Shown here one piece after another: positions 37,283 to 47,385 of a DNA stretch of 64,000 nucleotides. Origin of the DNA: Blepharisma stoltei ATCC 30299 (lineage: Eukaryota; Protista; Ciliophora); assembly GCA_965603825.1 (NCBI GenBank), contig CBFDEM010000054.1, positions 124,001-188,000 on the forward strand. The letters run 5' to 3'. Position numbers and translations under genes: made by a program. Below the pieces are notes generated by a model that worked only from the letters and a program-made list of their open reading frames with translations, searched no databases and was not told where the DNA came from. Within the stretch, counting starts at the first letter, position 1. The number at the start of each line of letters is the position of its first letter.

Positions 37283-37319
37283 TATTAGCAGTTTCGTAAT
37301 CGATATTAAAAGAAAATAA

Positions 37320-38198
37320 ATGTTTAATGTATATGCTTATGATCAAAAATTAAAAGAACGAAAACAAAAAGAAAAAGAAGCCCAAAGAGCGGTCAGCCAA
37401 CGGCAAGTCGCTTTAAAAACTAGAAAAAAATATTTGGACAGTTATGATTATAGAATTAAGCAATTTATTGTTGCAATGATAAAAGAGCCATATAAAATGA
37501 AGCAATATCAGAGCCCACTAGAAGTGGCTGGAAGAATTACTGATCCAAGTAAATATAAAGGAGCTGCCAATATAATTCTGAAAGGCTATAAGAGTGAACG
37601 GCAAAGAATTCTAGAGAATCTTCAAAATGAACAGTTCATCAAATCAAATCCTGTCACACCAGCTGAAAAAGTGACAAATAAAAGTGAAGAAAAAATTCTT
37701 CCAAACCGAATGTATTTTAAACCGAGAAATAATTTGGAAAGAATCAAAGACGAGCTCATGCAAAGACATGTCAATATTGAAGAAATCGAAGGCGAACAAT
37801 ACAAACCTCAGTCAAAGCCAGGACAAAAGCCTGGGAGCTCCAAAACTGAAGTAAACGTAGCCCACAAAGAAGAAGGACTGACCCCAAAACAGATCTTTGC
37901 AAGCCTCCACCATAAAACTTATTTTAAAGCTGTCAAAACAGTCCAAAGCCGAAGCCAAGCCAGCCTTACCCCTTCTGCAAAGCTTGACTACAATATAATT
38001 GACGGTGTAAAACACTCAGCCAAAGGTATTGACCTCCGACCTGAAGAACTTAAAATACTTGCTACTGAAGCTTTAAAATACTGCCACGTCGAAGACTCTC
38101 AGAATGAAAAATACTTAAAAGTTGGCCACGGCAAGCTTGTTAGCAACCCAGACCTGACCATTCTTGAAACCTATCAAGTCTTAAACAGGCTACATTAA
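37320..38198 (+). CDS. Hypothetical protein, 292 aa
   Basis: Long ORF, no domain recognised. Confidence 0.7.
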   Translation: MFNVYAYDQKLKERKQKEKEAQRAVSQRQVALKTRKKYLDSYDYRIKQFIVAMIKEPYKMKQYQSPLEVAGRITDPSKYKGAANIILKGYKSERQRILENLQNEQFIKSNPVTPAEKVTNKSEEKILPNRMYFKPRNNLERIKDELMQRHVNIEEIEGEQYKPQSKPGQKPGSSKTEVNVAHKEEGLTPKQIFASLHHKTYFKAVKTVQSRSQASLTPSAKLDYNIIDGVKHSAKGIDLRPEELKILATEALKYCHVEDSQNEKYLKVGHGKLVSNPDLTILETYQVLNRLH

Positions 38199-38216
38199 TA
38201 ATAAATTTTAATTCAA

Positions 38217-39272
38217 ATGGAAACAGAAGAAATTCTATATATCGGATTCAATAAAGACCGAACTCTGCTGACTACTGGGTCCCGTGCAGGCTTCAAAGTT
38301 TTCAAAGTTTGACCAATTGAGCTTTTGCACCATGACGATAATGGTAACTTCAAAATTGTGGAAATGTATGAAAGCTCACAACTTATTGTCCTTGTCGGTG
38401 CAGGCGAACAGCCTGCATTTTCACCAAGAAGACTGACTATTTGAAATCTTGCTGAAAGGACACCGATATGCGAAACTTCTTTCCCTGACTCAATTTTAGC
38501 AGTCAAAATGAACCGAGTCAGAATCGTTGCTGTAATTTGTGATGGAATTTATATCTACGACACCACAACAATGAAAACTGTAGGGACGCTAAAGACTGTC
38601 AACAACCCCAAAGGCATAGCAGCCTTGTCGCCTTCACATTCTGCGTGCTGGCTGCTATATCCTTCAAGTGAGGAAAGAGGAAATTTTCATATTTATGACT
38701 GCTTTAGCTTTCAGCATAGAATAGAAGTGGTGGCTCATAACTCGAAATTGGCTTTTATAAGTATATCAGCTCAAGGGGATTTGTGTGCGACTGCCAGTGA
38801 GAAAGGAACAGTTATTAGGGTATTTTCGGTGCCTGAGGGGAACAAGATTTATACGTTTAAAAGAGGACTGATGACTGCGCTGACGTATTCAATGAGTTTT
38901 AGCTTGAATGGGGATTTATTGATGTCGTGCAGTGATACAGGGACTATTCATATATACAATATCAGCAGAGAAGATATAAGTGAAAAAAGATCTTGGGGAG
39001 ATATGATAAAAACGTCAATTTTTTCAGCTGCCAGCTTAGTGGTGCCTGAATCGTATAAAGACTCATTTGAGACGTCAAGATCTTATATTGTTGTAAGGAC
39101 AAATTTTCAATCGCCTTATACAGCCACGCTGGTGCCTGATTCAAATTATTTGTTTGCTTTGAATAATTTTGGAAAATATATGGTATTTAGACTTGATTAT
39201 AATAATGGAGGAGAAGGTGTAATCTTGCAAGAAGGAGATATAAATATGGTCCACACAGTTAATGAAGCATAA
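38217..39272 (+). CDS. ATG18: ATG18/WIPI PROPPIN beta-propeller, 351 aa
   Basis: Start extends to ATG 38217 through two TGAs. IVEM, GAGEQPAFSPRRL, ATASEKGTVIRVF, FKRG lipid-binding motif, SDTGTIHIY. Confidence 0.92.
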
Positions 39273-39356
39273 TATAATTTCATAAATTTAAATTATTTTG
39301 CAGGTCTTTCTAAGGTAGCAATTGTTTATTCTAAATTTCTAAAAACCTTAACTATT

Positions 39357-41141
39357 TTAATTCCTACTAGGTAAAGCTGTTAAAACTTCTTCAAATAATG
39401 AATCAATGTTTCCTCCAATATAGTCATTCTCTATAACGTTAAAGAGGTAATAACTATCATATATTGACCTAAGCAGTTGCTTTGAAGGGCTCTCATCTTC
39501 ATAAATTACAGCCCATTCGTCAAGCCAAACTGCAAAAGCTTCTTGTCTCCACCATTTGTAAAACACTTCTCTGTCCACAATAGTCGGCTGCAAGATCTCT
39601 CTGTTAGGGAAAACACCCCAGGTTGCTGCAATTACAGTTCCTTCTTCCATATTTGTCTTGAAATCTCCTGCAATATTAGCTGCCATATAAGAAACGCTCG
39701 AATGTTTATCAAGAACACTAATAATCGCATCCACAAATGAAGGTGGGCAGAAAAACTCTACAAAAGCTCTTTGGTAGACATAGCCGTTTAATTTTTGTGA
39801 TTTTGGACCCCAGCCTACTTTAGCGTCTGTTGATAAGGCACCGTTTACTTGAGGTTGACTTGTAATTGTTAATAAGTTGTGGTTATTCATTTCGACTAAT
39901 AAATTTTGAATAAGGATTGTTTCTTTTTCAAGCTCTTCTTCTAGCCATGGCAATCTATTGATTTCTCCTTGCAAAAACCTAACAAAAATGTTTTTTACGT
40001 CTTCTTCTGTTTCTGGGGATCCCCATTTTTTCCTTAAATCTTTTATCTGTGCGATCGTGTAGTTTCTTGTAGAAAGCGGATGGGGAGCACCAAATGCAGG
40101 ACTTCTTGCGTCACCCCAACGCCAGTTAGGATAATCATCCCATGCAAGAGTTCTTTCTATATAGCTTTTAGGCCTGTTTCCCCAATGGATAGGTCTGACT
40201 CCTTCATCTCTTCTTCCTGCAACTTTTCTCCAAGGTGCTTCTCTTTCTGTTTCTACAAGTCCTAATTCATTGACAATTGCAATTACTGATCTTTCTAAGT
40301 TAAGAGTGTAGAAATGAAAACCTTCAATTCCATACTCTGCTAGTTTTTTGCATGTTTTAATAGCTAAATTAATCCCATATTTCTTTACCTCGTCTTCATC
40401 TTCTTTTATGGCTTCAAGGTCATCTAAAATTTGTTGAGGGACTTTAGTCTTGCAAAAGGTGGTCATTCTATGGAAGCCTTGGTAGCTTTGGATTGGCATG
40501 ATTCCTGGTATGATTGGACAAGCAATCCCAATTTCTCTACACTTTTGATAGAAATCGATAAAAACATCGTCATCGTAAAACAGCTGAGTGATGATTAAAT
40601 CAGCCCCAGCATCAACTTTTTCTTTTAAGTGGCTTAAGTCATCTTCTTTGCTTGTAGCATCAACATGCCCTTCTGGGTATCCTGCGACTGCAATTCCAAA
40701 ATAATCACCGTATTTCTCTTTTATGTGACGAACAAGGTCAGATGCATAATGAAGACCACCTTCAGGAGGACGCCAAGCTTCTTGGCCACGAGGAGGGTCG
40801 CCTCTAAGAGCTAAAATGTTTTTGATGCCTTTTTCTTTAGCTTCTTCAATTGCTGTATCAATTTGTTCGAGAGTCATATTGGTAAGCGTAAGATGCATCA
40901 TGGCTTCAGTTCCACTGTACCTTTCAATTCAGGAAGAAATGTTGATTGTTTCGGTGCTTGTAGAACCGCCTGCTCCCCAGGTGACGTCGGCAAAAAGAGG
41001 ATTAAGCTGATGGACCATCCTTTCAATTCTTGATTTTAAGTTGATGATACCTTCTTCTGTTTTAGGTGGGAAATATTCAAACGAATAGAAAGGAATATGT
41101 CCCTCTTTCTTCCTCTCGCTAATCAAGTCGATGATCTTCAT
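39357..41141 (-). CDS. MTHFR: Methylenetetrahydrofolate reductase (catalytic plus regulatory domains), 594 aa
   Basis: [52 protein letters not shown]. One TGA at 40929. Confidence 0.97.
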
Positions 41142-41900
41142 TTATGGATTATAATGGAATGTATGGATCGGAGAAGAATAATTCAAAAATTGAAAAAATA
41201 TATTAATGAAAACAAAATGATAAAAATATTGTAAGAATGATTTGTGAGCATTTCATTTTGTAGTATTTGATTATGCTGATTAAAAGTTATATTCAGACTA
41301 TGGCGAATGAAAGATGGAGCGTTTGCTAGTTGAGGTTTTATTGAAAAATAAACAGACTATATAACGATATGGAGGGGTATTTCATAAAATTTTAATTAGT
41401 TTATGCATGATTTTTGACACATAGAGTTTCGGAGAATTAAGTGATCAAAATAATTGTTTGGGATTCGATAAATAATAAAATGCAATCCAATATAAAATAT
41501 TATCTTTTCTCACAAAAATTTTAAGTGATCTATTGTATATCTTTATTTATAAATCTTCCTAATCAGTTTATTTATTTAAAAAATATTTATATTCTTACTA
41601 TAAAACCAGTAAAATTATGAGCCAGCTTTTGTTTATATATTGCTTAAATTTCTGAATTGAGAAGCTCATTCTAAACTCTCTACACTATAGTAAAATCATA
41701 AGTCTCCCAAACACACAAAATTAAAATGCGCTATTAGCATTATAATAAAATAGAATATGCTTCTTAAAAATAAAGTTTTATAATAATCATGCATTTTCAA
41801 AGATTATTCAGAAAAGATATTAAGCTATACCAAATTTATAATAGTTTGTTTAATAAATACTTTTAATTTATTGAAAGTTGTGCTTTGTGTGGTCAGATGC

Positions 41901-42257
41901 CTAGCGATTTACTATTTTGCCTTCCATCTCTGTTACAAATCTCATGATAATATCTTTGCTTTCCTGGTCAAGATTCAATTCTTCTAAAGTTTCCAATAAA
42001 TAGCGACAAAAAACATCAAATTGCTGTTTTTGAATGCGAAGGCCTTTATGAGTAGTTGACATTCCTCTGCCTGTGTAAAGCAATCCTCCCCCCATTATAA
42101 CTCCGAACATTTCGACTTGATATCTTTTAACTCGATCCAAGTCTCTGCCTTCAAATGCTGGGCCAGTAATGGGATCAGCTAAAACTTTTGAATATAGCCT
42201 GTCTATAACAGCTACTAAGGATGGAAGACCACCGATTTTGTCATAAATCGATGCCAT
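41901..42257 (-). CDS. Group I (trHbN-type) truncated haemoglobin, copy 1
   Basis: YDKIGG, LY (B10 Tyr), CD1 Phe, QVE, MGG, YTGR.M..TH (proximal His). Confidence 0.92.
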   Translation of the reverse strand: MASIYDKIGGLPSLVAVIDRLYSKVLADPITGPAFEGRDLDRVKRYQVEMFGVIMGGGLLYTGRGMSTTHKGLRIQKQQFDVFCRYLLETLEELNLDQESKDIIMRFVTEMEGKIVNR

Positions 42258-42773
42258 TGTTTATAACTCAGTTGGTTTCCATATTCGCTCTCTATTTCAT
42301 TATTTTATTCAGTGCAAAATCATCTTATAGATTTATATTATTTGTGTAATAGAAAGGAGCTGAAGGTTTTATCTTTAATGCAGATTTTATTTAATTATTT
42401 TATTTTTATTATATAAAAATTATTGTTGATATTTAATATAAGTCATATGATTTTTTATATTGATAAATTGAAAGAATGAAAATTGTAGTTAAACATATAT
42501 TTTCATATAAAGAGATCATCCATATTTAGGCTTTTCATATATTGGTTGCTTTTAAATGGCTAAATAAAATGAAATTTTTAATTAGTTTCTGGCATCCTTT
42601 AGTAGTCGTTCTAACATAATCCTTTGTTACTTTTAAATCAATTGTCATAAGTTGTGATTTCTTACCTGCCTCGATTTTTATTTGAATATTTTTATTTTTT
42701 GATTTGCTATTGATCAACTCCAATTGCTACTGATCAAGGAAAATTAAAGCTAGTAATATGCTAAGAAGTTCTA

Positions 42774-43130
42774 TTAAAGGTTAATAATCTGAGGTTCCAA
42801 TGAAGCTGCAAAAGTCATGATAGTGTTTACGATTTCTTGATCCACATGAAGCTCGTTCAAAGTAGCTAACAGAAATCCAGCCACTAAATCGAACTGCTCC
42901 TTAGTGATGTGGAGTCCAGTGTGCACTGGGATCATTTCTCTTCCGGTGTATGGGATACCACTACCAAGAGTATGAGAAAAGAGCTCAACTTGCATTGCCT
43001 TAGTATGATTGACATCTCTTCCGACAAAGGCTGCAGCTGTCACTGGGTTTGCAAGGATCTTAGCATAGAGTCCATCTATGACGGCAACTACAGCTGCGTG
43101 TCCACCAACTCTCTCGTAAATAGTTGCCAT
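42774..43130 (-). CDS. Group I truncated haemoglobin, copy 2
   Basis: YERVGG, LY, AF, QVELF, YTGREMIPVHTGL. Confidence 0.92.
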   Translation of the reverse strand: MATIYERVGGHAAVVAVIDGLYAKILANPVTAAAFVGRDVNHTKAMQVELFSHTLGSGIPYTGREMIPVHTGLHITKEQFDLVAGFLLATLNELHVDQEIVNTIMTFAASLEPQIINL

Positions 43131-43659
43131 TTATTTATTATGGACGATTACTTGTAAAACTCATTAATTACCTCAGAAAACTGAATAATTTTTATTTATT
43201 TTATAAATTGCGAAATTAGCTTAGTTTTCTCGTCTGAGAAGTATATTATGAATTGAAATTGCTTATTTCTATTTGAGTAAATAATATATGCGAAAATTTG
43301 TTTTAACAGATTTTTCAGAAGCTTAAATTCATATTTTATGGCTTAAAGCCATTAAACTAATTCTTGATGTGGCAGCTGCTATATTTGTTTTAAGAAACAT
43401 AGATAAAAAGTTACTGTTAAAAAAACTGTAAAATTTAACCAAAAAATTTATTTCACCTCTATACTTAAAAATAAAAATTTTTAGTCATCTGCTGATAGAT
43501 ATTGAATCAGTAGTCCAGCTTCTTCATATTGGGCTAGATTCTTATCCCAACTTAGAACTAGTAAGAAATATGGTTGAATAAAATTTTCCTTGGTTTTTAA
43601 CTTATCTTGAATCCAAAAGATCTTTAAGAGGCGAGCCTTTAATTAAAGAAAGGTTAAAT

Positions 43660-44016
43660 TTAGAGGTTAATTATTTCACTCTCTAAGCCGCCTGCATGTG
43701 CCATGACTGCATTGACATATGCTTCATCGAGATTAAGCTCTCTTAAAGTGGCCAAAAGGAACCCAGCAACCAAATCGAATTGCTCTTTGGAGAGGTTAAG
43801 TCCTCTATGGCCGTCTGCCATTGACCTTCCAGTGTAAGGTGTCCCACTTCCTAACCATTCAGACCAATACTCAACTTGCATGGCCTTGACATGGTTCACA
43901 TCTTTCCCAGCGAATGCAGCTGCTGTGATTGGGTTTGCAAGAATCTTTGAGTATAATCCGTCAATTAGAGCCACCACTGCATTGTGTCCACCAACTCTTT
44001 CGAAATTCGTTGCCAT
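43660..44016 (-). CDS. Group I truncated haemoglobin, copy 3
   Basis: FERVGG, LY, AF, QVEYW, YTGRSMADGHRGL. Confidence 0.92.
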   Translation of the reverse strand: MATNFERVGGHNAVVALIDGLYSKILANPITAAAFAGKDVNHVKAMQVEYWSEWLGSGTPYTGRSMADGHRGLNLSKEQFDLVAGFLLATLRELNLDEAYVNAVMAHAGGLESEIINL

Positions 44017-44335
44017 ATTTAGATTATCTGAAAATACTTTCCAAAAAATCTGGATTTACTAGAGAAAACCTGTATCATGTTAATGTTTTCTTTTTCGCTC
44101 AGATTGAGGAGTTCAAGGACTAGTAAAAAAAAATCAGCAAAATTTAATTAATTTTTCAATAAAAAACATATAAAAGTTCGCATTTCAGAAAATTTTTAAA
44201 TTCTTGGAAGTATTTGTAATTTATAGATAAGATTAAAATAAATTCTATTATGGATTGTACAAAAATAAATATTGCAAATTTAATTAAAACGTTATTTATA
44301 ACTATTTATTATACGAGTAATCTTATGATTATACT

Positions 44336-44908
44336 TTATTCGATTTTCTTTGGATAGATGACCTGCAGCATCTGGGATTCTAAAGCTACAGCAATCATAT
44401 AGCAAATAGCTACCCATCCGGTTAAGAAAATCCCAGCAGGGCTTCTCCCCAAGAGAGCATATCCAAAGAAAGTTCCCGTTGATCCCCAGTACATGGGATC
44501 ATTACAAACGCTAAATGGGAAACACTTTAGCGGTCCATCAAAAAGAGCAATTCCAAAATAGTCTCCATAATATGTTCCAACTATTCCTAATCTGTAAAAT
44601 GAGGCTGCGACAAAAAATTGTCCAATAATTATAAAGGCGTAGGATGCTACGTCAAGTGCAAAACTGTCAATGTCCATTTGTGGCTCGTTTTCTATTGCTT
44701 CATGGAATGCAAAACCTCTTACAAGGTTAAGTGTGAAAATTATTGCACCGAATAGTCCTACGGCTGCTCTTTTGTGGCCAAAGAACATTTTTGAAATTCC
44801 TTTTGTGTGAAACTCAAAGCGGGCTATAATAGTCCAGAGAAATGGGCTTAAGGCTGTGTAAAGCATTGAGTTCAGCAAAGCTGGGTGACTGTACTCGATC
44901 CACTCCAT
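44336..44908 (-). CDS. PEMT: Phospholipid N-methyltransferase (PEMT/Opi3 family)
   Basis: PFLW.IIARFEF.TK, LGIVGTYYGDYFGI, FPFSV.NDPMYWGST, SPAG. Confidence 0.93.
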   Translation of the reverse strand: MEWIEYSHPALLNSMLYTALSPFLWTIIARFEFHTKGISKMFFGHKRAAVGLFGAIIFTLNLVRGFAFHEAIENEPQMDIDSFALDVASYAFIIIGQFFVAASFYRLGIVGTYYGDYFGIALFDGPLKCFPFSVCNDPMYWGSTGTFFGYALLGRSPAGIFLTGWVAICYMIAVALESQMLQVIYPKKIE

Positions 44909-45119
44909 ATTTTATAATGTGGCTAGGTGAAGATTTTTAAAATTTAATTTAAAAATATTTTTAATTGGAATTGGTTGGCTTTTTGGCTTTATTTTAACTA
45001 ATGCTTTACTTTACCCCCACACATATTTTATTAAATTAATTTAATTAGCTTTAAGGTAAATTTAATAATTTTTTTCCTTAGCAGCTTAATTATTCAAAAT
45101 TATCATAAATGAGTTCAAT

Positions 45120-46640
45120 TTAAAGACGAGTTCGGCTTATTTCAAATCCTGATTTATTAGATACATCATGTTTTTTATCAAGCCAAAATGCGCTTTCATT
45201 TTGGTATCTTAATCTTTCGCATTCAACAACTTCATTTAAAGCTTTTTCAAAATGTTCTTCACGATCTGCTAGCAACCATACGTGCTCTTTTTTAATAATT
45301 TCTTCCACTTTTTCCAATTCTGCCTCCAGGTTCTCAATTTCCGATTGAGCATTTTGAATTTCTTTTATATATTTTTCACATTTCATTGGGTCAATTGAGA
45401 ATCTTTGTTTATCTAATTTTCTATTGATTAATAAATCAAATTCTGAATATTTTCTCATAAGATCCTTATAGTCTGAAATTGCATTCTTTAAGCCATCTAT
45501 TTTTAAGCTTTCTGCTTTAATACTTCTTGATAATGAGTTTAATTCCGAAAAACTGTTTTTCAAATTATATCGATTTTCTTGAATTACTTGATAAAATTTT
45601 GACGAGTCTGGAAAATGAATTGCCCCTAATAAAGATAAACTTTTATTTTGGCATGAAATCCAGTTATTAAAAGCGCATGATAAAGAATAGGTTGGGGCCT
45701 CTAAGATATTTAGTGTTCTTTCTATTGAAGCTAAATCTTTACTAAATGGCAGAATCCTTCTTGATAGGATCATATTTAGCTTAACTTCAAGCTTGCTGAC
45801 GATTTGATCGACTGCATCTTCGAAATCTGCATATTGAAATGAAATTTTCTCAATGCTCAAGTTTTGCTGTTCTTTATCGAATTTTTCATCTGGGCATTCC
45901 AAAAACAATTTAAATGGAGGCGATTCTTTCAATATTGGATGTCTGCTTAAAAGAACTAAGTATTGCTCAATTTCTTTTCGTCGTTGCTCAAGAAACTTAT
46001 TGTTATTTTTGAATAAAAATGATTTATCAGGCAAAGGGGGGATTGAGAATCCTTTATATCTTTCTCTAAGAATATCATTCAGCCACTCCAAGTCCCTAAA
46101 CCTTCTATTGACTCTAAAGCTTTCTTCATTTATTCTCGTAAAAATCGTATATACATGGTAAGATTTATATCCCATCCACCCATCACTAACTAAAGAAGCC
46201 CTGTTAACTTCAATTATTAGTGTTTTCGAAGGCTCAATTTCATCTACAACTGTCTCTGGAAACTCTTCAGGCTCTTTTTTCAGCATTGGGAAATTTTCAC
46301 AAAGATTTTTCACAGTCGCTGCTAAATCTACGTCTTCAAAAGATTTTTTCATCTCATAAAATTCTTCTTCGTCTTCTTTATTTGCATTTTGATTATTGCT
46401 TTGATTAAATGTGTGGGGATCAGTTATTACTATTCGCGGATTTGAAATTGAAAGAGGTAAAGAATCTTCTGAGTCAAGCCTCTCTTCTTGGATTCCAAAA
46501 TCAAATTCATGCTTTGCAATGAACTCGTTTGAAGTATCGCTTTTATTTGATGCAACCTCTTCACTTATCTGAGGTATAAGATCAGGAATTCCTGCTGTCA
46601 TATATAGTGTGTTATCTATAGAATTAGAGCTTTCTTCCAT
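45120..46640 (-). CDS. Sorting nexin (PX-BAR-like)
   Basis: PX motifs VNRRFRDLEWL, IPPLPDK, FLEQRRKEIEQYL..L..HP, followed by a helical coiled-coil region. Confidence 0.88.
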   Translation of the reverse strand: MEESSNSIDNTLYMTAGIPDLIPQISEEVASNKSDTSNEFIAKHEFDFGIQEERLDSEDSLPLSISNPRIVITDPHTFNQSNNQNANKEDEEEFYEMKKSFEDVDLAATVKNLCENFPMLKKEPEEFPETVVDEIEPSKTLIIEVNRASLVSDGWMGYKSYHVYTIFTRINEESFRVNRRFRDLEWLNDILRERYKGFSIPPLPDKSFLFKNNNKFLEQRRKEIEQYLVLLSRHPILKESPPFKLFLECPDEKFDKEQQNLSIEKISFQYADFEDAVDQIVSKLEVKLNMILSRRILPFSKDLASIERTLNILEAPTYSLSCAFNNWISCQNKSLSLLGAIHFPDSSKFYQVIQENRYNLKNSFSELNSLSRSIKAESLKIDGLKNAISDYKDLMRKYSEFDLLINRKLDKQRFSIDPMKCEKYIKEIQNAQSEIENLEAELEKVEEIIKKEHVWLLADREEHFEKALNEVVECERLRYQNESAFWLDKKHDVSNKSGFEISRTRL

Positions 46641-46929
46641 TTTTCATATATTATCAGTTCATTTTATATCAGAGTTTCTTATTATCAATAAAAATTTATA
46701 AAATATTTTGATAAGAGACCATAACTATGGGATTTTATCTGTTGTTAATAATTTTTATAACAAAAACTTTGAGTTTTTATAAATCGATGTGGCATTATTT
46801 TAAATTCATATTTTTGCTTATAAATTTGCTTTAGAACTTATATTGAATAAGGAAATATTTTTAATTAGACTACCTATTAGGTTTGTGAAGTCTGAAGTCC
46901 ATATTGCATTTCATTATAATAATTAAATG

Positions 46930-46989
46930 GTGATGATCCTTACGCTGGAATTACCAACTGCATCCAGATGAAAAATCAATGCTCTCTGA
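46930..46989 (+). ncRNA. Box C/D snoRNA 1 (snR77/SNORD65-like guide for SSU rRNA)
   Basis: Box C GTGATGA 46930-36. Guide GCTGGAATTACC 46944-55 is antisense to conserved SSU GGTAATTCCAGC. D' CTGC, C' CAGATGA, D CTGA 46986-89. Confidence 0.85.
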
Positions 46990-47005
46990 TTTTATAAACC
47001 ACAAA

Positions 47006-47061
47006 CTGATGACAACTGTTCAGTTCTGCTTCAGAATTTTGACGACATCATACTGCCCTGA
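47006..47061 (+). ncRNA. Box C/D snoRNA 2 (U38/snR61-like guide for LSU rRNA)
   Basis: Box C cTGATGA. Guide CAGTTCTGCTT 47021-31 is antisense to LSU AAGCAGAACTG. D' CAGA, C' TTGACGA, D CTGA 47058-61. Confidence 0.85.
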
Positions 47062-47077
47062 TTCATATTCTCTTAAG

Positions 47078-47130
47078 TTGATGACTTTTCTAGAATTACC
47101 CTGTCAATGATGACAATTCCTCGTTTCTGA
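47078..47130 (+). ncRNA. Box C/D snoRNA 3 (double guide, two SSU rRNA sites)
   Basis: Box C tTGATGA. Guide TCTAGAATTACC 47089-100 matches SSU GGTAATTCTAGA. D' CTGT, C' ATGATGA. Guide AATTCCTCGTT 47115-25 matches SSU AACGAGGAATT. D CTGA. Confidence 0.88.
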
Positions 47131-47148
47131 CCCATTTATAACTTTATA

Positions 47149-47202
47149 CTGATGATAATTTACTCTGATTCATTGATGAATCTTTTCCACCAAGATCGCT
47201 GA
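47149..47202 (+). ncRNA. Box C/D snoRNA 4 (U24/SNORD24-like)
   Basis: Box C cTGATGA, D' CTGA 47165-68, C' TTGATGA. The 3' end CCACCAAGATCGCTGA is the U24 signature, antisense to LSU GATCTTGGTGG. Confidence 0.88.
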
Positions 47203-47313
47203 CTTTTATATTGTCTTTATTTTCTTAATTTCATCCATTATTAAATAAGCTCTTTATTTATTAGATTGCCTGATTTTGCTGTCTTTCAAGCGAGTTGCCA
47301 TTTAGTATGGCCA

Positions 47314-47385
47314 ATGAAGAGTAATTAATTAATGCTAAAATGTTATATTGGAGCTATAATCAACAAAGAAAAAATATTACTCTGA
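47314..47385 (+). ncRNA. Possible fifth C/D-like or hairpin RNA
   Basis: ATGAAGA...CTGA closed by an AGAGTAAT/ATTACTCT stem. Internal TATTGGAGCT is antisense to SSU AGCTCCAATA, but there is no clear D' box. Confidence 0.35.

Noticed and set aside
41296-41331. Hairpin upstream of MTHFR as a possible SAM or THF riboswitch
   Set aside because: A single G-U-rich stem that folds on the strand opposite MTHFR, about 155 nt upstream, with no riboswitch consensus.
46930-47202. CRISPR-like array or decayed coding repeat
   Set aside because: The context is eukaryotic, the recurring elements are only C/D boxes, the unique parts are antisense to rRNA, and all + strand frames close quickly.
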